A stretch of DNA of 64,000 nt from a virus. Each line of letters starts with the position of its first letter. The first letter of the stretch is position 1. Shown piece by piece: positions 19,863-29,157 of this stretch. The position numbers and the translations under genes are program-made. Under the pieces are notes generated by a model that was not told the origin of the DNA, searched no databases, and saw only the letters and a list, made by a program, of their open reading frames with translations. The stretch lies in the IMG/VR virus record IMGVR_UViG_3300033153_007754, positions 1 to 64,000 of that record; one strand, 5' to 3'.

Positions 19863-20687
19863 TTGAGTGTCAAAAACAATCTTAAAACAGATAATATTTT
19901 ATATAAAAAAGATGTATTTAAATTAGGTGGTATTTTATATACATTAAAAAAACGTGAAATATTTACAGGAAGTATTATTGAAAAATTCCCTTCTGGTGGG
20001 ATGAAATTTAATATAAAATATGAAAATGGTAAAAGACACGGTAAAGAAATTTGGTGGCATGAAAATGGCAACAGAAGTTATGAATGTGATTATGTAAATG
20101 GTAAAAGGGATGGTTATATTAATACATATCACAAAAGTGGTGCAATTCATGAAAAAATCCCATATTTAGATGATGATAAAAATGGAACACATGAAACTTG
20201 GTATGAAAATGGGAATAAATATATAGAACGAAATTATAAATCTGGCATACAAGAGGGTAAAGAAATTTGGTGGCATGAAAACGGTGAAATCAAGATGGTA
20301 TCATGTTATGTGAATGATAAACATATCGGTGAAAAAATAGTCTTTTATATGGATGGTAATAAAAAAGACTTATACTATACTGATGGTAATGGGGATTTCA
20401 GACACACAGAATGGTATAGAAATGGTGAGAAAGAATGTGAAACAAATTATGTAAATGATGAAAAACATGGTCTTCAAATTCAGTGGTATAATAATGGCTG
20501 CAAATACATAGAAACAAATTATAAAAATGGTTTAAAACATGGTAAAGAAACATGGTGGTATAGAAATGGTAAAATAGATGTAGAAGAAAACTATGTAAAT
20601 GGAAAAAAACATGGTATACAAACTTGGTGGTATAGAAATGGTAAGAAAGAATGTGAATATGAATATAAAAATGGTGAGGTGTTATAA
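19863..20687 (+). CDS. MORN-variant repeat protein #17
   Basis: GILY..IFTG cap plus repeats; TTG start. Confidence 0.9.
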   Translation: MSVKNNLKTDNILYKKDVFKLGGILYTLKKREIFTGSIIEKFPSGGMKFNIKYENGKRHGKEIWWHENGNRSYECDYVNGKRDGYINTYHKSGAIHEKIPYLDDDKNGTHETWYENGNKYIERNYKSGIQEGKEIWWHENGEIKMVSCYVNDKHIGEKIVFYMDGNKKDLYYTDGNGDFRHTEWYRNGEKECETNYVNDEKHGLQIQWYNNGCKYIETNYKNGLKHGKETWWYRNGKIDVEENYVNGKKHGIQTWWYRNGKKECEYEYKNGEVL

Positions 20688-21454
20688 TGAAAATAGTTGC
20701 AGAATATAACGGTAAATTTTATGAACTAAAAGAAATTACATATACAGGTCAAGCAATTAATGTTGTGGGTGAAGATGGTAGTTATAAAAATGGTTTGAGA
20801 AATGGAAAATTTAAAAGTTTTTATGAGAATGGTAAAGTGAAATATGAGGTTATATTTAAAGATGGCGAATTTGATGGTAAATATACGAAATGGTATGATA
20901 ATGGAAATAAAGAATCTGAAACTAATTTTGATAATGGTGTAGTAAATGGTAAACATATTGTATGGTGGGAAAATGGAAATATAAAAATTGATTCATCATA
21001 TGTTAATGGTAAATTGGATGGTGTAGAACTTTGGTTTTATAAAAATGGTGGTAGCCACTGCAAATTTAATTATAAGGGTTGTTTGTCGCATGGGCTTCAA
21101 ACAAGATGGCATGAGAATGGAAACAAGGAATTAGAACGAAATTATAATGAGGGTAAACGACACGGTAAAGAAATAAAATGGTATTATTACGGGAATATAA
21201 AATGTGTTGCAAATTATAAGGATGATAAATTTCATGGTAACGATAGTGAATGGTATGAAAATGGTAAGAAAAGATATGAATGTAATTATAAAGATGGGGA
21301 TAAACACGGTAAAGAATTAGAATTTTTTGAGAATGGTAATATACGATATGAACGTAATCATAAAGATGGTTATTTCCATGGTGATAGCATTGAATATTAT
21401 AAAGATGGAAGAAAAAAAAATATGTGTGTTTATGTTGATGGATATATTAAATAA
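20687..21454 (+). CDS. MORN-variant repeat protein #18
   Basis: GKFYELKEITYTG cap plus repeats. Confidence 0.9.
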   Translation: MKIVAEYNGKFYELKEITYTGQAINVVGEDGSYKNGLRNGKFKSFYENGKVKYEVIFKDGEFDGKYTKWYDNGNKESETNFDNGVVNGKHIVWWENGNIKIDSSYVNGKLDGVELWFYKNGGSHCKFNYKGCLSHGLQTRWHENGNKELERNYNEGKRHGKEIKWYYYGNIKCVANYKDDKFHGNDSEWYENGKKRYECNYKDGDKHGKELEFFENGNIRYERNHKDGYFHGDSIEYYKDGRKKNMCVYVDGYIK

Positions 21455-21477
21455 TAAAATATGATAAGGTGTAAAAC

Positions 21478-21936
21478 ATGTTTAAAATAAATGGTGAAAA
21501 CTTCACAGGTGTGGTTGAAAAAAGTGGTGAATATAAGATTGAATATAAAGATGGTTTAAAAGATGGTACAGAAATAATATTGTATAGTAATGGAAATATG
21601 AAGAATTTAATAAATTATAAAAATGGTTTATTGGATGGTAAATTTTGTGAATGGGTTTGGTTTGGAGAAAAAGATGTTGTTAAATTTTTTAAGGATGGTA
21701 AAAGGCATGGATTAGAAACTTCTTGGTATTACAATGGCAATAAGGAATCAGAAGTAAATTATAAAGATGGTAAAAAACATGGTAAGGCTACTTGGTGGTT
21801 CTATAATGGTAAAATAGAATATGAAGGTAATTATATCGATGGTGAAAAAGAAGGTAGGTTTACTAGTTGGCTTGAAGATGGTGAAATTGAATATTTTATT
21901 AATTTTGTTAATGGTGTTAAACAAGATAATGTATAG
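21478..21936 (+). CDS. MORN-variant repeat protein #19
   Basis: NGENFTG cap plus repeats. Confidence 0.9.
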   Translation: MFKINGENFTGVVEKSGEYKIEYKDGLKDGTEIILYSNGNMKNLINYKNGLLDGKFCEWVWFGEKDVVKFFKDGKRHGLETSWYYNGNKESEVNYKDGKKHGKATWWFYNGKIEYEGNYIDGEKEGRFTSWLEDGEIEYFINFVNGVKQDNV

Positions 21937-21944
21937 GGGATATA

Positions 21945-22895
21945 ATGACTGAAAAGATTGTAAATAATGGTAAAAATGTGGTTATTAAAGATGGCTTATT
22001 ACATATATTAACGACAAAACCATATACAGGTGTAATTGTGTATAATTCTGTTAGTGGTGAAAAACGTGTTGAGACAAGTTACAAAGATGGGAAAGAACAT
22101 GGTAAAGAAATTTGGTATTATGACACTGGTGAAATAATATCCGAAAGGAATTACAAGTATAATAAAAAACATGGTAAATTTATCGATAGATATAGAAATG
22201 GAAATAAAAAATATGAACTCTTTTTTGTGGATGGGTTACAAGAAGGTAAGGAATTTTGGTGGTATGAAGATGGAACATGTATTACATATCGTGTTGGTGG
22301 TAAAAAAGAAGTTGAAATTAATTATAAGAATGGAAAAAAACATGGTAAAGAAATATGGTATTATAGAAAGATGAATAAAGAAATTGAGGTTGATTATAAA
22401 GATGGCTTGAAACATGGGAAATATATTGTTTGTGATGAATTTGGAAGTGTATTGAGATTAATAGACTATAAAAATGGTAAAAAAGATGGTAAAGAATTAG
22501 GATGGTATTGGAATGGTAATAAAGAATTTGATATAGACTATAAAAATGGTGAAAATCATGGTCAATATAAACAATGGTACCGTGATGGCAATAAACACAT
22601 TCTTTCAAATTACTTGGATGGGGAAAGACATGGCGAATGTTTTTGTTGGTATGAAAATGGAATAATATCTAGCAAAGAAAACTATAAATATGGTAAATTG
22701 GATGGTCTTTATTTAAGTTACTATCGAAATGGTAACCCTTGGCTTGAAATTAATTATAAAGATAATTTACAACATGGTAAAACAATGGTGTATTATGAAA
22801 ATGGTAATAAAGAATATGAAGATTATTATGAATTTGATGTAGAAAAAAAACGCAGGAAAAAATGGTTTTCTTTTGGTTTAAGAAAATTTTGGTAA
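21945..22895 (+). CDS. MORN-variant repeat protein #20
   Basis: DGLLH..KPYTG cap; basic/aromatic C-terminal tail. Confidence 0.9.
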   Translation: MTEKIVNNGKNVVIKDGLLHILTTKPYTGVIVYNSVSGEKRVETSYKDGKEHGKEIWYYDTGEIISERNYKYNKKHGKFIDRYRNGNKKYELFFVDGLQEGKEFWWYEDGTCITYRVGGKKEVEINYKNGKKHGKEIWYYRKMNKEIEVDYKDGLKHGKYIVCDEFGSVLRLIDYKNGKKDGKELGWYWNGNKEFDIDYKNGENHGQYKQWYRDGNKHILSNYLDGERHGECFCWYENGIISSKENYKYGKLDGLYLSYYRNGNPWLEINYKDNLQHGKTMVYYENGNKEYEDYYEFDVEKKRRKKWFSFGLRKFW

Positions 22896-22940
22896 ATATA
22901 AAAAATATAATATAATTAGATTTTACTTATAAGGAATAAA

Positions 22941-23618
22941 ATGAAAGAAGGAAATCCAAAATATTTAACAGAAATGAGTGACGGCTTATTACATGAAATA
23001 AACCAAAAGCCATACACAGGTGTTTTAAGAACTAGATTCGCTGATGGCAACATTAAATCTGAAGAATACTATAAAGATGGTTTGAAGGATGGAAAATATT
23101 CACAGTGGAATGATGGCGGGGTTTTATTATCAGAGAAAAATTACAGAAATGGGTTAAAACATGGTCGACAACATCGAATGTATGGGGAAGGTCTTGTCGA
23201 ATATATATATAATTATAAAGATGGCAAACCAATTAATGAGTTCACTGATTATTATGAAGATGGTAATATTGAACGAAAAATATTATTTAATGATGATGGA
23301 AAAAAACATGGGAAATGTTTTAATAATTTTGAGAATAATAAAAGACACATCGAAGAAGAATATGAAAATGGTAAATCAATCGGGCAATATAAACAATGGT
23401 ATGAAAATGGGAATGTGAATCTAATTGTAAACTATGAAAATGGTGTACAGGAAGGTGAAACAAGAAGGTATCATGAAAATGGTGAACTTCATATTAAATT
23501 GTTTTATAAAAATGGTCTTGAAGATGGTCTACAAAGTAATTATGATACTGATGGGAAATTAATCAAAACTTATCTGTATAGTCAAGGTGAATTAATTGAT
23601 GCTTCAGATGGTGAATAA
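22941..23618 (+). CDS. MORN-variant repeat protein #21
   Basis: DGLLHEINQKPYTG cap plus repeats. Confidence 0.9.
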   Translation: MKEGNPKYLTEMSDGLLHEINQKPYTGVLRTRFADGNIKSEEYYKDGLKDGKYSQWNDGGVLLSEKNYRNGLKHGRQHRMYGEGLVEYIYNYKDGKPINEFTDYYEDGNIERKILFNDDGKKHGKCFNNFENNKRHIEEEYENGKSIGQYKQWYENGNVNLIVNYENGVQEGETRRYHENGELHIKLFYKNGLEDGLQSNYDTDGKLIKTYLYSQGELIDASDGE

Positions 23619-24303
23619 CATATATAATAATTTTATTTAAGGGGTAAAAAAATGGAAATAGTAGTAGATGATAAGAATCTTGTGGTTGAAAATGGTGTGG
23701 TATATGAGTTGACACCACTTGTGTTTACTGGGAAGGGTATTTATACGGCTCAAAATGGACGAACACGTGAAACAATTTATGTGGATGGAAAGAGGCATGG
23801 CAAAGAAATTACTAGGTATGAAGATGGTGTTATACTATCTGAATGTAATTACGAAAATGGTGAATTGAATGGTAAAAAATATATATGGGATGAAGATGGA
23901 ACTAAAAGACTTGAATATAATTATAAAGATGGAAAAGAACATGGGTGTAGTTTAGAGTGGAATAAAAAAGGTGTTTTGAATATGGAAGAAAACTATGTAA
24001 ATGGAAAAAAACATGGTAAACATATTTTATGTTGGGAAAATGGTGATAAAATGTGTGAAGAAAATTATATTGATGGAAAAAAGGATGGAATTCAGAGCCA
24101 TTGGTACGAAAATGATAGTAAACATTTTTTGGAAACATATCAAAATGGTGAACTCAATGGAAAATATATTATTTGGGGTGAAGATGGCAATAAAGAAAGT
24201 GAAATGATTTACAAAGATGGTGTTAAGATGGTTTATTACACGGAAGTCAAAGATGGTACTAAGGGCGAATAACATATATAATAATTTTATTTAAGGGGTA
24301 AAA
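23613..24303 (+). repeat. 37-bp exact direct repeat (23613-23649 and 24267-24303) flanking MORN gene #22
   Basis: GAATAACATATATAATAATTTTATTTAAGGGGTAAAA occurs twice. Confidence 0.9.
23652..24272 (+). CDS. MORN-variant repeat protein #22
   Basis: GVVYEL..FTG cap plus repeats. Confidence 0.9.
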   Translation: MEIVVDDKNLVVENGVVYELTPLVFTGKGIYTAQNGRTRETIYVDGKRHGKEITRYEDGVILSECNYENGELNGKKYIWDEDGTKRLEYNYKDGKEHGCSLEWNKKGVLNMEENYVNGKKHGKHILCWENGDKMCEENYIDGKKDGIQSHWYENDSKHFLETYQNGELNGKYIIWGEDGNKESEMIYKDGVKMVYYTEVKDGTKGE

Positions 24304-25637
24304 TGAAAAGAGTTGGTTTTAAGGATGTTGTTACAAAAAAAGATGGTCTGATATATGAAGTAAGACAAAATCCATTCACTGGTATAATTGAAAGTGATGA
24401 TGAGAGTGGTGTTTTTTTTAAAGATGTTATTAAAGATGGTTCACCACATGGTGTTTGTAAAGAATGGTATGAAGATGGAAATAAAAAAATGACCACAAGG
24501 TTTAAAAATGGGTTACTGGAAGGTGAAAGAATTAAATACCATCAGGGTGGTGGAGTATCTGAACGTGCTACATACAAAAATGATATTTTAGATGGTAAAA
24601 AACTAGTATTTAATGAACATGGTGTAAAACAAATGGATATTGATTACAAAGATGGTTTTTTCCATGGTAAAGAAATTTTATATTATTCAGATGGTTCAAA
24701 ACATACTGAAATAGACTACAAGAAAGGTTTAGTAGATGGTGAATTCAAATTCTGGTATAAAAATGGTTTATTAGGGTTTTGTAGGAAATTTGAAAATAAC
24801 ATTGAAGTTAATGGACAGGTTGATTATTTTTGGAGTGATGGAACTAAAAAAAAGACATATTATATTGTAAATGGTGTTAAAGATGGTGATGAAGTAATTT
24901 GGAATGAAGAAGGTAAAAAGGTATTTGAAACTACATGGAAGGAAGGAAAACAAGATGGTGAATCTACTACATGGCATTATATTAAAACAATAGCTAGAAT
25001 ATATGAAAAAGGTCTTTTAATATCAGAAAAGAATTATGAAAATGATATATTACATGGTGTTGTTCGTACATGGTGGAACACTGGCAACAAAAGAAGTTTC
25101 GTTGAATATATTGTTGGAAAAAAATATGGTAAAAGACTTCTTTGGTATAAAGATGGAAGTAAAGAAACAGAAGAAAATTATATGAATGATGTGTTAAATG
25201 GTAAATCTATTCACTATTATTATAGCATTGAAGATGATATTGCTGATGGCACTAAAATGTCTGAATATGAATTTAAGGATGGGAAATTAGATGGTAGACA
25301 ATTAAAGTATCATGAAAATGGTAAGAAGTCTTCACAAATAAATTATAATGATGGTAAAGAACATGGTGTGTTAACCACTTGGTATGAAGATGGCAATAAG
25401 AGAAGTGAAGTGAGTTATAAAGATGGTAAAAGACACGGTAAACACATTGAATGGCATGAAAATGGTAATAAAAAAACGGAATTAAATTATAAAAATGGCC
25501 TGTTACATGGAATGGGTTTTCATTGGGATGAAGAGGGTTCACTAATTTATGAAATAGATTATGACAATGAAACAGACGGTTGTTTAATATTCCCACCATT
25601 TCCGGTGGTTACTAAAGAATCCGAAGGGAATGAATAA
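24303..25637 (+). CDS. MORN-variant repeat protein #23 (longest)
   Basis: DGLIYEVRQNPFTG cap plus about 16 repeats. Confidence 0.9.
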   Translation: MKRVGFKDVVTKKDGLIYEVRQNPFTGIIESDDESGVFFKDVIKDGSPHGVCKEWYEDGNKKMTTRFKNGLLEGERIKYHQGGGVSERATYKNDILDGKKLVFNEHGVKQMDIDYKDGFFHGKEILYYSDGSKHTEIDYKKGLVDGEFKFWYKNGLLGFCRKFENNIEVNGQVDYFWSDGTKKKTYYIVNGVKDGDEVIWNEEGKKVFETTWKEGKQDGESTTWHYIKTIARIYEKGLLISEKNYENDILHGVVRTWWNTGNKRSFVEYIVGKKYGKRLLWYKDGSKETEENYMNDVLNGKSIHYYYSIEDDIADGTKMSEYEFKDGKLDGRQLKYHENGKKSSQINYNDGKEHGVLTTWYEDGNKRSEVSYKDGKRHGKHIEWHENGNKKTELNYKNGLLHGMGFHWDEEGSLIYEIDYDNETDGCLIFPPFPVVTKESEGNE

Positions 25638-25653
25638 TAAATAAGGAGTTGAT

Positions 25654-26265
25654 ATGAGTAAAATGTTATTAAGTGGTTTAAATATTGGGATATCTGATAA
25701 TATTCCTGAAATAAATTCTAATAATAACTTAGGTTACGAAATTTTAGAGTTTTTACAGGTATTTAGTGGATTAGTCTTTAAATATGGTGCAAGAATAACA
25801 CATGATTCACACCCATATTTAACACCTATGTTAATAAAACAATCACAACGATTTAAAACAAATAACGTACAACCATTAACACTTATTATGTCTGAATTAG
25901 AATATAACAACCATCTTAATAAAAAATATTATAATGAGGGTTCTAATTTAATTATTGCTAAGGAAATTGATGTTAAAAAAGAATTCACATCTAAAATAAA
26001 TGTTTTAATAATAATTGATTATAGAAATGATGGTATTAATGGTTTAACACCAGGTACACAAGAGAGTTTTAATATTGCTTTAAAAAATGACATTCCAGTT
26101 ATATTTTTACCACTTTATAAATATAAATATGAGGAACTTAATAAAATTGAATTGGTGTTTAATATAGACAACATCAAAAAAGAAGAATTAAATTCAGCTA
26201 ATGAAACATATTCTTATAGTGGTTTTTTATTTAATAAATTAATTGAGTTTAATAAAAATAGGTAA
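25654..26265 (+). CDS. SLOG-like domain protein (degenerate)
   Basis: IGISD..., GARITHDSHPYLTP (cf. GGHP.ITP), PG..E...AL....PV..L. Confidence 0.5.
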   Translation: MSKMLLSGLNIGISDNIPEINSNNNLGYEILEFLQVFSGLVFKYGARITHDSHPYLTPMLIKQSQRFKTNNVQPLTLIMSELEYNNHLNKKYYNEGSNLIIAKEIDVKKEFTSKINVLIIIDYRNDGINGLTPGTQESFNIALKNDIPVIFLPLYKYKYEELNKIELVFNIDNIKKEELNSANETYSYSGFLFNKLIEFNKNR

Positions 26266-26267
26266 CG

Positions 26268-26840
26268 ATGAAAATATTTTGTATAATAGGTAAATCAGCA
26301 TCAGGAAAAGATAGTATATTAAAAGAAATTCTTAGTGATAAAAGAATTAAATTGACACATTTGTTAGAGTACACAACACGGGCTAAGCGACCAAGTGAAA
26401 TTGAAGGTGTGAATTATCGTTTTATATCAAAAAAGGATGTAGATAGTCTTACAAGCATAACAAAGCTATATTATAACGATAACTATTATATAATCCCATA
26501 TGACGAAATATTAAAAAATAAAGAAGACGATTATATATTAATAACTTCTATTCGTGGTGTCTTGGATTTAAAAACTTTTTTTGAAAAAGAGATTGATACA
26601 CAAATTATACCAATATATATAGATGTACCTGAAGATGATTTAATTGAACGTGCTATTAAACGTGAAAAATTAAAAGGTGAAGAGGGTAATTATAGTGAAG
26701 TTTGCAGACGTTTTTTAGCCGATAAAAAAGATTTTGATTGGGGGCTTAAAGCATTGGGTTCTTATGTTTCATTTTTGAATGATGATGTTGAAAAATGTGT
26801 CAATAAAGTTAAATGGCATTTAATTAGGATGATTTTATAA
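26268..26840 (+). CDS. gmk: guanylate kinase-like NMP kinase
   Basis: GKSASGKDS P-loop, TTRAKRPSEIEGVNYRF. Confidence 0.8.
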   Translation: MKIFCIIGKSASGKDSILKEILSDKRIKLTHLLEYTTRAKRPSEIEGVNYRFISKKDVDSLTSITKLYYNDNYYIIPYDEILKNKEDDYILITSIRGVLDLKTFFEKEIDTQIIPIYIDVPEDDLIERAIKREKLKGEEGNYSEVCRRFLADKKDFDWGLKALGSYVSFLNDDVEKCVNKVKWHLIRMIL

Positions 26841-27173
26841 CCCTAATAATTCTAGCAACCTTTTCAGTAAACTTTTTTTACTTTTAACAATAACTCTTTT
26901 AATTACTTTACCATCTTTTACAACTCTAAGAATTTCAGCACCTTTAATAAAATGAATTGCTTCAGCAACGTTTTTATCTTGTTGTGTTGTTGCTTGTACT
27001 AAAACACCTAATCCCTTTATTTCCATAGCTTTGGTTGATTTCATCCACTTTTCATTTTTTGAAGAAGCTTTTGATATTAATTCCATTAAATCTCCATCAC
27101 CCCAAAATACTACATCTTTTACATTTTTTTTAGTTCCATTTGCATCTGTGTTTCCTAATGTTTTTTCACCCAT
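26835..27173 (-). CDS. conserved phage hypothetical protein
   Basis: KASS..WMKSTKAMEI..VQ.TTQQ; SD GAGG; late-type ATAAATA upstream. Confidence 0.65.
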   Translation of the reverse strand: MGEKTLGNTDANGTKKNVKDVVFWGDGDLMELISKASSKNEKWMKSTKAMEIKGLGVLVQATTQQDKNVAEAIHFIKGAEILRVVKDGKVIKRVIVKSKKSLLKRLLELLGL

Positions 27174-27226
27174 CCTTTTACCTCACTTAAAAGAATATAT
27201 TTATGTGTTTTTATATTTCATGTTTT

Positions 27227-27589
27227 TTATACCTCTTCTTTATCCGTTACAAAAAAACCATCCCACTTAAAATTATCAGGAATAATGACATTATTGTTAG
27301 TTCCATAACCCCTATCAGTGGTTGATATCATAATTAAAGCAATACCCTGATTAAAACCACCAACATCTTTTACTATTGTTTTAATGCTTTCATATTTGAA
27401 TGTGCATTCATTTTTTACTAATATTGGTCTGATTATTTTTTTAAATTTCTTTTTATCATAAGCTATTCCATATATATAATTAATATCACCATCTTTTTTG
27501 AATTGAGTGATTATTATAGGTTCGCTTTCGTCAATCATACTTGCATCTATTTCTGTGTTTGTTTGTATTTTCATTCTATACATTTTCAT
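27227..27589 (-). CDS. hypothetical protein
   Basis: ORF with GGAGG upstream. Confidence 0.6.
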   Translation of the reverse strand: MKMYRMKIQTNTEIDASMIDESEPIIITQFKKDGDINYIYGIAYDKKKFKKIIRPILVKNECTFKYESIKTIVKDVGGFNQGIALIMISTTDRGYGTNNNVIIPDNFKWDGFFVTDKEEV

Positions 27590-27591
27590 AA

Positions 27592-28227
27592 TTAAACCTC
27601 CATTGTTTTATTTTCTTTATTTATATATTCTTTTCCAATTTCTTCATGCATTTGTTCTTCACCAAAATAAATTGTTTCGGTGTGTGATGTTATCAGAATA
27701 GAATTAAATGGGTATTTTTGATGGAAATCAGTGATGAAATATAGGTTTTCAACTAAATACTCTCTGATTTCAGTATAATGTTCATCAGAATCAATAACAA
27801 CAGTAAATTCCAATTCATGGAAGTCTGAGTTCTGGTTCAATATTATTCGACTGGTTGGGTATTCTATAACCAATCTATCAATATACATTTTAATAAATCT
27901 TACTGCCTTATATCCATCAATAGCAGTTTTAGGAATTTTTATAATCTGATTGTTTTTGGTTATTTTATTCTGATATTTTTTATTGAAATTTGTGATATAT
28001 TCCATTATCATTAATTCATTCTTAATGATTTTAATAATTACCCACCAATCAGCGTCTATTACAAATAATGTGTTGTATTTTTGGTTAAATATTGTTTCGT
28101 TATTATTCATTGGGGTATTTATTAGAAAACTATCTTTATGTTTTCTAATAAATGATATAAAAACGCTTTGGTTCTTAATATCTTTAGGTTCAAGTTTTAA
28201 AATTTCTTCAAATTCAATTTCATTCAT
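27592..28227 (-). CDS. hypothetical protein
   Basis: ORF with GAGG upstream. Confidence 0.6.
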   Translation of the reverse strand: MNEIEFEEILKLEPKDIKNQSVFISFIRKHKDSFLINTPMNNNETIFNQKYNTLFVIDADWWVIIKIIKNELMIMEYITNFNKKYQNKITKNNQIIKIPKTAIDGYKAVRFIKMYIDRLVIEYPTSRIILNQNSDFHELEFTVVIDSDEHYTEIREYLVENLYFITDFHQKYPFNSILITSHTETIYFGEEQMHEEIGKEYINKENKTMEV

Positions 28228-28256
28228 TATTTTACCTCTTTTTTAAGAATTTCATT

Positions 28257-28715
28257 TTATAGTTTCCCATCTAAAAACCTACCAGCTCGATATAAAATAT
28301 TAGGTGTGATTCCTGTGTATGTATCACACCGAAAAAAATGTTTTGCTTGATATAATAGCATATCAGAATCATCATCAAAAATCACATAGTTTTTAATTAT
28401 ATCTATGTTTTCACTAATCCAGTTTTTAATTTCATATCCCCTAATTCTACATTTAGAACCACCTGTTATACCAAATATATCATGTTTAAAACCATATGAA
28501 TTTAATTTTTTTTGTAATTTATCAATACCATCAGCTCGGTGAGTTGAAGATATTACAACTTTACAATTATATTCGTCTATAAATTCATTTATTAGTTCAA
28601 AAGCATCTTTATCAAATTCAAGTTCTCTTTGATTTAATTCGTGTCTCTTTTTATAAAATAATTGACTGTTAACAACACCATCCAAATCTAAAAATATTAT
28701 ATTATGTTTTTCCAT
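28257..28715 (-). CDS. HAD-superfamily protein (Swiss-army-knife RNA-repair-type HAD)
   Basis: FLDLDGV, VISST.R, RG.EI..W, YVIFDD. Confidence 0.8.
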   Translation of the reverse strand: MEKHNIIFLDLDGVVNSQLFYKKRHELNQRELEFDKDAFELINEFIDEYNCKVVISSTHRADGIDKLQKKLNSYGFKHDIFGITGGSKCRIRGYEIKNWISENIDIIKNYVIFDDDSDMLLYQAKHFFRCDTYTGITPNILYRAGRFLDGKL

Positions 28716-28783
28716 ATCCCTCCAAGTGAACCCAAAAAAATATTATAACATTTTAAAAATATTTAAAAAAAACCATAAAACAC

Positions 28784-28852
28784 TTGACAAACTCGAAAAA
28801 AATCCGTATATTATAAGCAGATGGAAATTAAACCATAATCTGGGAGGATAAT
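28784..28852 (+). promoter_or_regulatory. repeated early promoter/hairpin/RBS cassette
   Basis: TTGACA..TATATTATAAGCAGATGGAAATTAAACCATAATCTGGGAGGATAAT. Confidence 0.85.
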
Positions 28853-29104
28853 ATGAATACTGTATTGAGAAAACTTAAAGAACTTGGTGAATATATATTA
28901 TTTACATCACCATTTTTAATATTAGATGTTTATAGCTCTATTAAGCTATATAACACACAACCTGATATGGTAATAAAGATGCATGTTATTGCAATTATTA
29001 TAATTTTACTGTTAGGTTTTTTCATAAAATTTAGTATTGAAAAAATGTTTGTTGATATAAAGGCAGACGTTAAAAAGATGTATCAAAAAAAGAATTTAAA
29101 TTAA
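28853..29104 (+). CDS. small two-TM membrane protein
   Basis: Two hydrophobic stretches; follows cassette. Confidence 0.65.
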   Translation: MNTVLRKLKELGEYILFTSPFLILDVYSSIKLYNTQPDMVIKMHVIAIIIILLLGFFIKFSIEKMFVDIKADVKKMYQKKNLN

Positions 29105-29157
29105 ATCTCCAAAATTATTTTGTGATGTAAATATATTATATTTATATAGGTGGTAAA

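Noticed and set aside
3817-25599. Many overlapping alternative-frame and antisense ORFs (MVK.., FHFHT.. types)
   Set aside because: Shadows of the repetitive MORN codons; no SD or independent motifs
6407-25637. CRISPR array or non-coding tandem repeat (recurring TGGTATGAAAATGGTAATAAA)
   Set aside because: The repeats are in-frame codons of a 72-nt protein module with synonymous variation; there is no repeat-spacer structure and no cas gene
6407-25637. Diversity-generating retroelement acting on the MORN genes
   Set aside because: No reverse transcriptase in the window and no template/variable pair differing only at adenines was seen; cannot be excluded outside the window
2525-25637. Eukaryotic giant-virus origin suggested by the MORN expansion
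   Set aside because: SD sites, sigma70-type promoters, translational coupling and T4-like gp55/gp21/gp4/gp25 genes indicate a bacteriophage
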